The notes under the pieces: generated by a model | What the model saw: only the letters and a program-made list of their open reading frames with translations | What the model was told of the DNA's origin: nothing | Database searches by the model: none | NCBI GenBank assembly: GCA_038246575.1 | Contig: JBBRVU010000002.1 | Span: 4,613 to 68,612 of the forward strand | Reading direction: 5' to 3' | Origin: Actinomycetes bacterium | GTDB lineage: Bacteria; Actinomycetota; Actinomycetes; JACCUZ01 | DNA length: 64,000 bases | Shown: one piece after another, positions 50,287 to 60,470 of the stretch | Numbering within the stretch: position 1 is the first letter of the stretch | How the letters are laid out: each line of letters begins with the position of its first letter | Position numbers and translations under genes: made by a program

Positions 50287-53200
50287 GGATCATCGACAAC
50301 CTCAACGAATTGCTGGGTGACGATCTCAAGACAGAGATCTTGGCCGGCTCCAAGGTGCGCATTGCTGCCTCGACGTTCTCAATTTTCGCCTTCGAGGCAC
50401 TTCGCAAGGAGCTGGAGAAGGTCAGCGAGTTGGAGTTCATCTTCACTTCGCCCGCATTCATCACCAGCAACGCCACGGACAAGATCCGCAAAGAGCGTCG
50501 TGAGTTCTTTATCCCGCGGGCCACGGGCGGGGAGTCCAGCCTCTACGGCTCTGAGTTCGAGATCCGGCTTCGCAACAAGCTCACACAGCGCGCGGTCGCC
50601 AAGGAGTGCGCGGACTGGGTGCGCCGCAAGGTCACGTTCCGATCGAACTCCACCGGCAACCCGATGCAGCAGTTTGCCGTCGTCGACGACAAGGCGGCCT
50701 ACATGCCGCTCCAAGGTTTCACGACAGCGGATCTCGGCTACGAGCGCGGCAACGCGGTCTCGAACATGGTCCATCGGATCGATGATGGGCCGATGACCGC
50801 GCAGTACGTCCAGCTTTTCGACCAGATCTGGCACAACCCTGACCAGCTAGACGACGTTACCGAGGCGGTTCGCGATCACATCGCCAGCGTGTACGCCGAG
50901 AACTCGCCGGCCAGGATCTACTTCCTGATCCTCTACAACCTGTTCTCGGAGTTCCTCGACGACATCAACGAAGACGTCCTGCCGAACGACCGTACGGGCT
51001 ATCAGGAGACTCAGGTCTGGCAGAGCCTTTACAACTTCCAGCGCGATGCCGCGACAGGGATCATCAACAAGCTTGAGACCTACAACGGCTGCATTCTCGC
51101 CGATAGCGTGGGCCTCGGTAAGACCTTCACCGCCCTGGCCGTGATCAAGTACTACGAACTACGGAACAAGTCCGTGCTCGTGCTCGCGCCCAAGAAGCTC
51201 TCCGAGAACTGGACCAACTACAACGCGAACTTGACGACCAACATCTTCGCGGCGGATCGGTTCAACTACGACGTGCTCGCGCACACCGACCTGTCCCGCA
51301 CGCGAGGCGAGTCGCTGGGACTACGGCTCGACCGGGTGAACTGGGGCAACTACGACCTGGTCGTCATCGACGAGTCCCACAACTTCCGCAACGCCGACTA
51401 CGCAGAGGAGAAGGAGTCGCGCTACCAGCGGCTGATGCGGCAGGTGATTCGCGAGGGTGTGAAGACCAAGGTCCTGATGCTCTCGGCGACCCCTGTTAAC
51501 AACAGGTTCAACGACTTGAAGAACCAGCTCCAGCTCGCCTACGAGGGCGAGTCGGAGAGCCTTGGGCAGCACCTCAACATTTCCACCACGGTCGAGAAGG
51601 TCTTCAGCGACGCCCAGCGCGTTTTCAACGAATGGTCCAAGCTTCCGCCCGAGGCAAGGACCACGGACCAGATCCTCCAGATGCTCGACTTCGACTTCTT
51701 CGAGTTGCTCGACGCGGTCACCATCGCCCGCTCAAGGAAACACATCCTGGCGTCCTACGACACCACCGAGATCGGCGCCTTCCCCCAGCGACTCCCGCCC
51801 GAGTCGATCCGCGCACCGTTAGCCGACCTGCCGAATGTGCCGACATTCAACGAGATCTTCGAGCAGCTCCAGGTACTCACGCTGGCGGTCTATACCCCGC
51901 TGGCCTACGTCTTCCCGAGCCGCATCGGCAAGTACGAAGACCTGTACGACGTCAGGGGAGGCACCGCCCGATCCAACCTCGGACAGAGCGGCCGAGAGCA
52001 AGGCCTCAAGAAGCTCATGACGGTCAACCTGCTCAAGCGGCTCGAGAGCTCGGTCGAGGCATTCCGACTAACGCTGGAGAGGATCGAGAGTGCTGTCGAC
52101 AAGACTCTCGGACGCCTCGAAACCCACACGGGGTCGCTCACCGACATGGACGTCGACTTGGCCAGCCTGGATGTAGACGACGAGGACGACCTCGACGTCG
52201 AGGCGCTCTCGTTCGGCGAGAAGATCAAGATCGACCTCAACGACATCGACATCGAGTCCTGGCAGCGCGACCTGTGGCACGACCGCGAGACCTTGCGTGA
52301 GCTGCTCGACGAGATGCACAAGGTCACACCGGCCCACGATGTGAAGCTCCAGACCCTCAAGCGGCTCGTCGAGGACAAGGCCGCCCACCCCATCAACGAA
52401 GGCAACAAGAAGGCGTTGATCTTCTCGGCGTTCGCCGACACCGCCAACTATCTCTACCGGGAACTTGCGCCGGCGTTAGCATCAGGCGGCCTGCAGACCG
52501 CACTCATCACCGGTGGCGGGCACGCCGCAAGGACGACACTCGGGACCGGCTACGATTTCCAGCAAGTCCTCACGTTGTTCTCGCCGCGCTCGAAGCAGCG
52601 GCATCTGACGATGCCGAAGGAGACAGGCGAGCTGGACGTCCTGATCGGCACCGATGTCATCAGCGAGGGCCAGAACCTCCAGGACTGCGACTACCTCGTC
52701 AACTACGACATCCACTGGAATCCGGTGCGGATCATCCAGCGATTCGGCCGCATCGACCGCATCGGATCGACCAATGGCTACATCCAGCTGGTGAACTTCT
52801 GGCCGGACATCTCGCTCGACGAGTACATCAACCTGAAGGAACGCGTCGAGAGCCGCATGGTCATCGCGGACCTCGCCGGCGTTGGCGACGACAACATTCT
52901 CGATCCGGCCAGCGCCGACGCGGCCTATCGCAAGGAGCAACTGCGCAAGCTCCAAGATGAGGTCATCGAACTCGAAGACGTGCGGACGGGCGTCTCCATC
53001 ACCGACCTCGGCCTCAACGACTTCCGCATGGATCTCCTCGGATACCTCAAGCAGTACGGCGACCTCGCCACCGCGCCGAAGGGTCTCCACGCCGTGGTGC
53101 CGGCCCAGCCGGAGAAGGGGCTGAAGCCCGGCGCGCTCTTCGCGCTTCGCAACGTCGATGCCACCGACACGAACAACCGTGGCAATCGACTCCACCCCCA

Positions 53201-53546
53201 CTACCTTGTGTACCTCGACGACGACAGCAACGTCATCGCTGACCACACCGAGGTGAAGCACCTGCTCGATGTAGTCCGTGCCGGATGTCGCCCGTACGAC
53301 GAGCCGGTCGTCGAGGCGACGCACATCTTCAATGCCGCCACAAGTGAGGGCGCAGAGATGGAGAAGTACTCCGAGCTACTCACCGCAGCCATCCGCTCCA
53401 TGATCGACGTGACTGACGAGCGAGATCTCGACAGCCTCTTTACCGACGGCCCCACAACAGCACTCACTCAGGCGATCGGCGGCGTCGACGACTTCGAGCT
53501 GATTGCCTTCATCGCGGTCGTCAATCCAGTGCCGGGGGTCTCATGA
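50283..53546 (+). CDS. SNF2-family helicase with N-terminal PLD-like domain
   Basis: N-terminus RIIDNLNELL...VRIAASTFSIFAFEAL (PLD-like). SNF2 motifs ILADSVGLGKTFTALA, VVIDESHNFRN, LMLSATPVNNRFNDL and GTDVISEGQNLQDCDYLVNYDIHWNPVRIIQRFGRIDRIGS. Confidence 0.9.
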   Translation: MRIIDNLNELLGDDLKTEILAGSKVRIAASTFSIFAFEALRKELEKVSELEFIFTSPAFITSNATDKIRKERREFFIPRATGGESSLYGSEFEIRLRNKLTQRAVAKECADWVRRKVTFRSNSTGNPMQQFAVVDDKAAYMPLQGFTTADLGYERGNAVSNMVHRIDDGPMTAQYVQLFDQIWHNPDQLDDVTEAVRDHIASVYAENSPARIYFLILYNLFSEFLDDINEDVLPNDRTGYQETQVWQSLYNFQRDAATGIINKLETYNGCILADSVGLGKTFTALAVIKYYELRNKSVLVLAPKKLSENWTNYNANLTTNIFAADRFNYDVLAHTDLSRTRGESLGLRLDRVNWGNYDLVVIDESHNFRNADYAEEKESRYQRLMRQVIREGVKTKVLMLSATPVNNRFNDLKNQLQLAYEGESESLGQHLNISTTVEKVFSDAQRVFNEWSKLPPEARTTDQILQMLDFDFFELLDAVTIARSRKHILASYDTTEIGAFPQRLPPESIRAPLADLPNVPTFNEIFEQLQVLTLAVYTPLAYVFPSRIGKYEDLYDVRGGTARSNLGQSGREQGLKKLMTVNLLKRLESSVEAFRLTLERIESAVDKTLGRLETHTGSLTDMDVDLASLDVDDEDDLDVEALSFGEKIKIDLNDIDIESWQRDLWHDRETLRELLDEMHKVTPAHDVKLQTLKRLVEDKAAHPINEGNKKALIFSAFADTANYLYRELAPALASGGLQTALITGGGHAARTTLGTGYDFQQVLTLFSPRSKQRHLTMPKETGELDVLIGTDVISEGQNLQDCDYLVNYDIHWNPVRIIQRFGRIDRIGSTNGYIQLVNFWPDISLDEYINLKERVESRMVIADLAGVGDDNILDPASADAAYRKEQLRKLQDEVIELEDVRTGVSITDLGLNDFRMDLLGYLKQYGDLATAPKGLHAVVPAQPEKGLKPGALFALRNVDATDTNNRGNRLHPHYLVYLDDDSNVIADHTEVKHLLDVVRAGCRPYDEPVVEATHIFNAATSEGAEMEKYSELLTAAIRSMIDVTDERDLDSLFTDGPTTALTQAIGGVDDFELIAFIAVVNPVPGVS

Positions 53547-54244
53547 CGGCATTGCTCTACCGCTGGCCAGCTGGCGCCAAGTTCGGGCGGGTTGTGCCGA
53601 AGAACAGGTTCTACGAGCGTGGGCAGGTGACGAACGTCGTCAAGGAGAAGTTCGTGGGCGAGGTCCAACGGATCACGTGGGCCTTCAAGCTCGCAGAGTC
53701 GACGATCAATTTGCCCGGCACCAAGGCCCTGCCCGAACTGCAGGTGTTTCAGATCGACGCCAAGAGCGACGACGTCAGCGACGTAGTGCTCACCGCCATC
53801 GACAGAGTCGTCAAGAGTCCGATCATCTTCGAGATCACCCGCAGTTCTGCTGACTCCCAGCAAACTCGGATGGTCGCCGCCCACAAGACCCTCGGAGGTG
53901 GCTCGGCCAGAGTCGGTGCCTACTTCACCACTTCGTGGCAGGGGGAGGATGCCGAGCGCATGCCGCTTCCGACGGCGATCAACCTTCCGATCCTGTACGC
54001 CGCCCTGTTGGAGCCCATGTTGCCCGTAGCGGCGCGCCCGGGTGAAGACCTGTTGGAGGTCACCTCCAGACTGGCGGCGGTGCGACAGCTACAACGCGAG
54101 GTCGGGGCCCTCGAGCGCAAGCTTCGCAACGAGCCACAACTCAACCGGAAGGTGGAGTTGCGTCGCGCCCTGAGGATCAGACAGGCAAGGCTCGTCGCTC
54201 TGACCAGCCAGACGCCCGGCACGATTCCTAGCACTGAGAACTGA
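53543..54244 (+). CDS. DUF4391-like protein
   Basis: ATGA overlap with the upstream gene. VVPKNRFYE...ITWAFKLAESTINL...LQVFQI...VLTAIDRVVKSPIIFEI matches my memory of DUF4391, which co-occurs with SNF2 and type III-like R-M genes. Confidence 0.65.
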   Translation: MTALLYRWPAGAKFGRVVPKNRFYERGQVTNVVKEKFVGEVQRITWAFKLAESTINLPGTKALPELQVFQIDAKSDDVSDVVLTAIDRVVKSPIIFEITRSSADSQQTRMVAAHKTLGGGSARVGAYFTTSWQGEDAERMPLPTAINLPILYAALLEPMLPVAARPGEDLLEVTSRLAAVRQLQREVGALERKLRNEPQLNRKVELRRALRIRQARLVALTSQTPGTIPSTEN

Positions 54245-54252
54245 GGGATACG

Positions 54253-56262
54253 GTGGAGAAGCTTCGTATGACGTCGCCCGACCTGACAGCGGCAAACATC
54301 GACAAGATCGCCGAACTGTTCCCCAGTGTGATCACCGAGACCATCGAGAGCGAGGGCGACGAGAGAGTCTTCAAGCGCGGGATCGACTTTGACCTGCTGC
54401 GCCAGGAACTCGCCGACTACGTCGTCGATGGTCCGCAGGAGCGCTACCAACTCGACTGGCCGGGCAAGCGAGCAGCTGCTTTCGCCGCCAACGCGCCGAT
54501 CGCCAAGACACTGCGGCCCGTTCGCGAGGAGTCAGTCGACTTCGACACCACCGCGAATCTGTTCATCGAAGGCGACAACCTCGAAGCGCTTAAGCTCCTG
54601 CAGGAGTCTTACCTTGGCAAGGTCAAGCTGATCTACATCGACCCGCCGTACAACACGGGTAACGACTTCGTGTACGCCGATAGCTTCGCGACTACGAAGG
54701 ACGACGAGCTCCGGCGCTCGGGGCAGGTCAGCGAAGACGGCGTGCCCCTAGTCTCAAACACTAGTGCGAACGGACGATTCCACTCGGACTGGCTCAGCAT
54801 GATGTTTCCACGCCTCAAACTTGCGCGGAACCTGCTGACCGACGACGGCGTGCTGGTCGTCTCCATCGACGAGAACGAGCACGCCAACCTCGTGAACCTC
54901 GGCACCGAGGTGCTGGGCACCGACGCTTACGTCGGGGAGATCGTACTTAAGAACAGCAGCAAGAACGACCAGAGCTACATCTCGATGCAGCATGAGTACA
55001 TCGTCTTCTTCGTCAAGAACAAGACTGCCAATTCTGGCGACTGGACCGAGCGCAAGGAAGGCCTGGAACAGATTTACGCCGCCTTCGACGGCTTCAAGAA
55101 GGAGTTCGTGGAGGACTGGTCGGCCATTAACAAGGCGGCCAAGGATTGGTTCAAGCAGTTCCCTGCTAGCGACCCCATCTCAGCGAGCAAGCACTACACC
55201 TGGATGGACGAGCGCGGCGTGTATTTCCCTGACAACATCGCCGGCCCGAACGACGGCCAGTACGTCTACGACGTTCTTCACCCGGTGACTGAGAAGACCT
55301 GCAAGGCGCCATCGACCGGCTGGCGGTACCCGGAGTCCTCGATGCAGCAACGGATGACGGAGGGGCGCGTCCACTTTGGAGCCGACCACACGACTGTCCC
55401 TAACAACAAGACCTACTTGGCGAGCACCGAGACGCAGAGCCTTACAAGCATTCGGTACGTCGATGGTCGTGCCGCCTCTAAGCGGCTTGCGACGCTCTTT
55501 GGAGAGAAGATCTTCACCAACCCCAAGGACGAACTGCTCCTGCGGGACATCTACAAGGCAGTCGGCGTGTCCGGAGGGGACATCGTCCTAGACATGTTCT
55601 CCGGGTCGGGGTCGGCGCTTCAGGCGGTGTGGGAGCTCAATCTCGCCACTGGGGGCGAAGCCCACTTCATTGGCATTCAGGTGGCGGAGGATCTGAATGC
55701 CTCGCTAAAGACGGCCAAGGGCGCTGCCAGGCAGATCACCACGAACGCGATCAAGTACCTCACCTCCCTGGGCAAGCCACTTACGGTCGCTGAGATCGGG
55801 AAGCAGCGCCTTCGGCTTGCAGGGGACAAGCTCCGCGACAAGGCTGCCATGCTCGATGTCGGGTTCAGGGCACTGACGGTCGACACGACCAACATGGCGG
55901 ACGTCTTCCGCACTCCCGACCAGACCGACCAACAGGCACTCACAGGCCTGGAGGACAGCGTCAAGCCGGGAAGGTCGGCCGAGGATCTGGTGTTTCAGGT
56001 ACTGCTCGACTGGGGCCTTGGCCTCGCGATGCCACTGAGTGCGGAGGCACTCGGAGGCCATGAGATCTTGGTCGTCGAGGACGACGCGCTCATCGCCTGC
56101 TTCGACACGGAGGTGAGCCCGGAACTGGTTCGAGCAATCGCAAAGCGTGAGCCGCTTCGCGCCGTGTTCCGGGACTCCGCCTTCGCATCGGATGACGCCC
56201 GTATCAACGCGGAACAAGTCTTCCGCGAGATCTCCTCCGCGACTGACGTGAAGGCGATCTGA
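54253..56262 (+). CDS. site-specific DNA methyltransferase, beta-class (N6-adenine or N4-cytosine), type III Mod-like
   Basis: Motif IV IYIDPPYNTGNDFVY precedes motif I VLDMFSGSGSALQAV (order IV then I means beta class). The start may be GTG 54253 or ATG 54268. Confidence 0.9.
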   Translation: MEKLRMTSPDLTAANIDKIAELFPSVITETIESEGDERVFKRGIDFDLLRQELADYVVDGPQERYQLDWPGKRAAAFAANAPIAKTLRPVREESVDFDTTANLFIEGDNLEALKLLQESYLGKVKLIYIDPPYNTGNDFVYADSFATTKDDELRRSGQVSEDGVPLVSNTSANGRFHSDWLSMMFPRLKLARNLLTDDGVLVVSIDENEHANLVNLGTEVLGTDAYVGEIVLKNSSKNDQSYISMQHEYIVFFVKNKTANSGDWTERKEGLEQIYAAFDGFKKEFVEDWSAINKAAKDWFKQFPASDPISASKHYTWMDERGVYFPDNIAGPNDGQYVYDVLHPVTEKTCKAPSTGWRYPESSMQQRMTEGRVHFGADHTTVPNNKTYLASTETQSLTSIRYVDGRAASKRLATLFGEKIFTNPKDELLLRDIYKAVGVSGGDIVLDMFSGSGSALQAVWELNLATGGEAHFIGIQVAEDLNASLKTAKGAARQITTNAIKYLTSLGKPLTVAEIGKQRLRLAGDKLRDKAAMLDVGFRALTVDTTNMADVFRTPDQTDQQALTGLEDSVKPGRSAEDLVFQVLLDWGLGLAMPLSAEALGGHEILVVEDDALIACFDTEVSPELVRAIAKREPLRAVFRDSAFASDDARINAEQVFREISSATDVKAI

Positions 56263-56267
56263 CCCGG

Positions 56268-59200
56268 ATGAAACTCCAGTTCAAGGTTCAGTCCTATCAG
56301 ACCGATGCCGTCGATGCCGTCGTCAATGTCTTTGCGGGCCAGCCGAAGCATGACGGGGACTCGTACCGGATCGACCCCGGCAAGCAGAAGCCGACTGCTG
56401 CGCCCGCACTGTTCGAGACGACCTTGCCTCCGGACTCGGGTCTGAGGAACGCCGAGCTCGCCCTCAGCCCGAAGCAGCTTCTCGAGAACCTCCATGACGT
56501 GCAACGTTCCCGGAACTTGCCTCTCTCGGCTGCGATGAAGGACAGCAAGGCGGCTCTCGGTGCCCCAAACCTTGATGTCGAGATGGAGACCGGTACCGGC
56601 AAGACCTACGTCTACATCAAGACGATCATGGAACTGCACAAACGGTACGGCTGGTCAAAGTTCATCATCGTTGTCCCCTCGGTGGCCATCCGCGAGGGTG
56701 TGAAGAAGTCCTTCGACGTGACGGCCGAGCATTTCCAGCAGGCCTACGGAACCAAGCCTCGCTCCTTCATATACAACTCGTCGCAGCTCCACGAGCTGGA
56801 GCGATTCAGTTCTGATGCCGGCGTGCAGGTGATGGTCATCAACATCCAAGCCTTCAACGCGACCGGTAAAGACCAAAGGCGGATCTACGACGAGCTGGAT
56901 GACTTCCAGTCCCGCAAGCCGATCGACGTCATCAAGGCCAATCGCCCCATCGTCATCATTGACGAGCCGCAGAAGATCGGGGCCGACAAGTCGCTCACGG
57001 CGCTCGCTGAGTTCAACGCGCTCATGGTCCTGCGCTACTCCGCCACCCACAAGGTCGAGCACACCAAGGTGCATCGCCTTGACGCCCTTGACGCCTACAA
57101 CCAGAAGCTCGTCAAGAAGATCGCGGTCCGCGGCATCACGGTGAGGGGGCTTTCCGGTTCGACGGCCTACCTCTACCTCGACGCGATCGAAGTGCGAAAG
57201 GGCCAGCCCCCGGCTGCTCGCGTTGAGCTAGAAGTGCAGACCAAAGGCGGACCGATCAGGCGCCAGGTCAAGCGCGTCACCAAGGGGAGCCGGCTCCACG
57301 ATCTCGCAGGAGGAATCGAGGCCTATAAGGACCTCGTGGTCACTGATGTCAGCGCTATCGATGACACCGTCACGCTCAGCAACGGTGATGTCATTGTTGC
57401 GGGCCAGCTTGCAGACCGCGATGTCACGGAGGAGACGAAGCGGCGCATCCAGATTCGGGAGGTGATTCGAGCCCACCTGGACAAGGAGCGCGAACTCTTC
57501 GCCCAGGGCGTCAAGGTGCTCTCGCTGTTCTTCATCGACGAGGTCGCCAAGTACCGCGACTACACCCGCGAAGACACCCTCGGCGACTACGCCCGCGTCT
57601 TCGAGGAGGAGTACGCAGCGATCGTCGAGGAGATCTTTGGTGAGCTGGAACTGGATGCCGCAACCACGGCCTACCAGGAGTACCTCCGTCGCGACGATGT
57701 CCGCGCCGTGCATCAGGGCTACTTCTCGATCGACAAGAAGACCAAACATCAGGTCGATCCGTTGGTCTCCAGCCGCGGCGAAGAAGCGGGGCAGTCAACA
57801 GATGTCTATGCCTATGACCTGATCCTGAAGGAAAAGGAACGCTTGTTATCGTTCACCGAGCCAGTGCGCTTTCTCTTCTCCCACTCGGCGCTGCGCGAGG
57901 GCTGGGACAACCCCAATGTGTTCGTCATGGGCATACTCAAGAAGAGCGACAACACTGTCTCGCGGCGCCAGGAGATCGGCCGAGGACTCCGTCTGGCAGT
58001 CGACCAACATGGTGAGCGGATGGACAATCCCGTCACTGTCCACGACATCAATGAGCTCACTGTGGTCACTGACGAGTCCTACACCGACTTTGTCGACGGC
58101 CTACAGAAGGAGATCGCGGCCTCGCTTGCGGCACGCCCACGCAAGGCGAGCGTCAAGTTTTTCACCGGGAAGGCGATTCGCACCGAGTCCGGCGAGAGCC
58201 TCGTCGAGGAGGCCCTAGCCCAGGCTCTGTACAAGTACCTGATCAAGAACGACTACCTCAACGACGATGACACGGTCTCCGACGCCTATAAGGAGGCCAA
58301 GGAGTCCGGGACGCTCGCCGAGCCGAGCTCAGAGGTGCTCAAGCCGGTCATCGATTTCGTCTGGCCCTTGGTCGACGCGCTCTACATCGACGTGCCGCTC
58401 CCGACGGACGACCGCAAGCCGAAGAAGATCCCGCTCAACGAGGCGAACTTCGCCAAGAAGGAGTGGCAAGCCCTGTGGGGAGGGATCAACCACAAAGCGA
58501 TTTATCAGGTCGAGTTCGACTCGGCGGAACTGGTGTCGAAGTGCGTACGTGCGCTCGACGCTCACCTCAACGTCGCGGCCATGCAATACGTCGTTCAGTC
58601 CGGTCAGCAGCGCGACTCGCTAGAAGCAGACGACCTCGCCAACGGCACGGGCTTCGACGTCGCCAGCACGTCGACGCATACCGAGGCGACCTCGGCAGGG
58701 TCGCAGGTCAAGTACGACCTGCTGGGCGAGATCACCGAGAAGACTCAGCTCACGCGCCGCACCGCGGCTGCGATCCTCACTGGAGTGACTCCGGCGACTT
58801 TCGCGAAGTTCACGCAGAACCCCGAGCAGTTCATTACCGAGGCGGCCCGGCTCATCAACGAGCAGAAGGCCACCGTGATCGTCGAGCACCTGGCCTACGA
58901 CGCACTCGAAGACCGCTTCGAGACGGCGATCTTCACGGAGAACCAAACCAAGCAAGACCTCACTCAAGCTGGAAACAAGCTCACCAAGCACATCTACGAC
59001 TACGTCGTCACGGACTCCAAGATCGAGCGGGCGTTTGTCACCGAGCTGGACACGAGCAAGGAGGTCTCCGTCTACGCGAAACTGCCGCGGGGGTTCTTCA
59101 TCCCCACGCCAGTGGGCAACTACAACCCGGACTGGGCCATTGCCTTCACCGAGGGCAGCGTCAAGCACGTCTACTTCGTCGCCGAGACCAAGGGGTCGTT

Positions 59201-59348
59201 GTCGACGCTCCAGCTCAAGGGCGTCGAGGACGCCAAGATCGAGTGCGCCCGCAGATTCTTCGCCTCGCTGAACGAGAAGAACGGCCAGGGCGCCAAGTAC
59301 GGCGTCGTCACCAACTACACCGAGTTGATGCAGTTGGTCATGACCTAA
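56268..59348 (+). CDS. type III restriction enzyme Res-like helicase-nuclease
   Basis: MKLQFKVQSYQTDAVDAV N-terminus, motif I METGTGKTYVY and motif II VIIDEPQK. The C-terminal PD-(D/E)xK-like NPDWAIAF...YFVAETKG. Confidence 0.9.
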   Translation: MKLQFKVQSYQTDAVDAVVNVFAGQPKHDGDSYRIDPGKQKPTAAPALFETTLPPDSGLRNAELALSPKQLLENLHDVQRSRNLPLSAAMKDSKAALGAPNLDVEMETGTGKTYVYIKTIMELHKRYGWSKFIIVVPSVAIREGVKKSFDVTAEHFQQAYGTKPRSFIYNSSQLHELERFSSDAGVQVMVINIQAFNATGKDQRRIYDELDDFQSRKPIDVIKANRPIVIIDEPQKIGADKSLTALAEFNALMVLRYSATHKVEHTKVHRLDALDAYNQKLVKKIAVRGITVRGLSGSTAYLYLDAIEVRKGQPPAARVELEVQTKGGPIRRQVKRVTKGSRLHDLAGGIEAYKDLVVTDVSAIDDTVTLSNGDVIVAGQLADRDVTEETKRRIQIREVIRAHLDKERELFAQGVKVLSLFFIDEVAKYRDYTREDTLGDYARVFEEEYAAIVEEIFGELELDAATTAYQEYLRRDDVRAVHQGYFSIDKKTKHQVDPLVSSRGEEAGQSTDVYAYDLILKEKERLLSFTEPVRFLFSHSALREGWDNPNVFVMGILKKSDNTVSRRQEIGRGLRLAVDQHGERMDNPVTVHDINELTVVTDESYTDFVDGLQKEIAASLAARPRKASVKFFTGKAIRTESGESLVEEALAQALYKYLIKNDYLNDDDTVSDAYKEAKESGTLAEPSSEVLKPVIDFVWPLVDALYIDVPLPTDDRKPKKIPLNEANFAKKEWQALWGGINHKAIYQVEFDSAELVSKCVRALDAHLNVAAMQYVVQSGQQRDSLEADDLANGTGFDVASTSTHTEATSAGSQVKYDLLGEITEKTQLTRRTAAAILTGVTPATFAKFTQNPEQFITEAARLINEQKATVIVEHLAYDALEDRFETAIFTENQTKQDLTQAGNKLTKHIYDYVVTDSKIERAFVTELDTSKEVSVYAKLPRGFFIPTPVGNYNPDWAIAFTEGSVKHVYFVAETKGSLSTLQLKGVEDAKIECARRFFASLNEKNGQGAKYGVVTNYTELMQLVMT

Positions 59349-59554
59349 GCCAATAGCCTATCCACCGGACACATATGGCAGCTCCCGCAACGCCGCCGGC
59401 CGTGAGGTTGGTGCTAGGCCCGCCACGAGAAGGTCGATTCGTCGAGCGTGGAACCGCGGTGATCGCGGTCAAGCGGGACTTGAGGCACTATTCCGCGCCT
59501 TTGCGGCGGACCTCTGCCTGACTGGCGGAGGGGCCTACGTTGAGCGACGCCTGC

Positions 59555-60400
59555 TTACGCGTGCAGCGACTCGTGTCGAGGGTTGGTGGCCACGGCGTGC
59601 ACCGTCCGGCCCCGCCACGACAGACCGGCAAGCTCAACGTAGGGCGAGGACCGCAGCTCGGACCGGCCACCTTTCGATACGGCAGGTTCCGTGCTCAGCT
59701 GACGGACCCGATCGAGGAACCGGCGGGCGCGCCGTCCAGGGGTCGGGATCGAGGCGGCGTCGAGTGCGTCGACCGCGGCTGCCCGCAACGCTGCATCCCA
59801 CACGGCGGCCAGGGTGCGCGGGGAGTCGAAGACCTCAAGCTGGACTGGCTGCCCGGCGATACACAGCACGACGCCGGTCTGGAACGGCAGCGGCACGAGG
59901 TGGGCGACCAGGGCTGCGGCCCGTTCCTCCACGCCGGCAAGGGTGTCGCCCAGGGAATGGGTCTCGCCCCCGCCATGACGGCTTTCGAGGTCACGCACCC
60001 GCTGCCAGGTCGACTGCTGCGCCTGGGCGGCCCGGACGCTGACGGGAGCCCGGTGTCCGGTTCGAGCGTGCCCGCGCCCGCCGGACCATCGGCCCTCCTC
60101 GACGCAGCGCACCTCGAGCACGTGCGATGCGCAGGAGTCGATGACGACGGAGCGTGCCGCAACTCGATGCTGCTGGCCGCCCTGCAGCAGCTCGCCTTCG
60201 AGCAGGAGCGCCGGTCGGGGGCCGGTGTTGGTGACGACGAGCTCGGCGACCACAGGGGCACCGGTCCGTTCTTCCACGCGCAGCGCGCCGGAGCCGAGGT
60301 CGTAGCCACGGGCGGTGACGGCCGCGCCGTTCCAGACCGGGAAGACGGTCAGTGCGCCGCGGACGACGGGGCGTCCGAGATGAAGATCGAGTGTGTCCAT
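59555..60400 (-). CDS. ARPP-1-like protein (family associated with ADP-ribose/NAD conflict systems), assignment tentative
   Basis: Start ATG 60400 with a GAGGAGGG RBS. GALTVFPVW, LLLEGELLQGGQQHRV and VRCVEEGRW match my recollection of proteins annotated as the ARPP-1 family. No search was run. Confidence 0.45.
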   Translation of the reverse strand: MDTLDLHLGRPVVRGALTVFPVWNGAAVTARGYDLGSGALRVEERTGAPVVAELVVTNTGPRPALLLEGELLQGGQQHRVAARSVVIDSCASHVLEVRCVEEGRWSGGRGHARTGHRAPVSVRAAQAQQSTWQRVRDLESRHGGGETHSLGDTLAGVEERAAALVAHLVPLPFQTGVVLCIAGQPVQLEVFDSPRTLAAVWDAALRAAAVDALDAASIPTPGRRARRFLDRVRQLSTEPAVSKGGRSELRSSPYVELAGLSWRGRTVHAVATNPRHESLHA

Positions 60401-60417
60401 GAAGCCCTCCTCAGGTA

Positions 60418-60460
60418 AGCGCAAAAATGCGCTAATCCGATTAGAGCATGGATGCGCTAA
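60418..60460. promoter_or_regulatory. operator-like palindromes and repeats in the divergent intergenic region
   Basis: AGCGCA-AAAA-TGCGCT (60418-60433), CTAATC-C-GATTAG (60432-60444), and the direct repeat ATGCGCTAA at 60427 and 60452. This is the most AT-rich 50 bp of the neighbourhood. Confidence 0.55.
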
Positions 60461-60470
60461 CCTGTCCAGC

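Noticed and set aside
50057-59392. The 9-mer CCCGCAACG is present just upstream (50057) and just downstream (59384) of the lower-GC defence cassette. It was considered as a target-site duplication.
   Set aside because: A 9-nt match between two ~100-200 bp GC-rich regions is easily produced by chance. No terminal inverted repeats or transposase or recombinase gene were seen.
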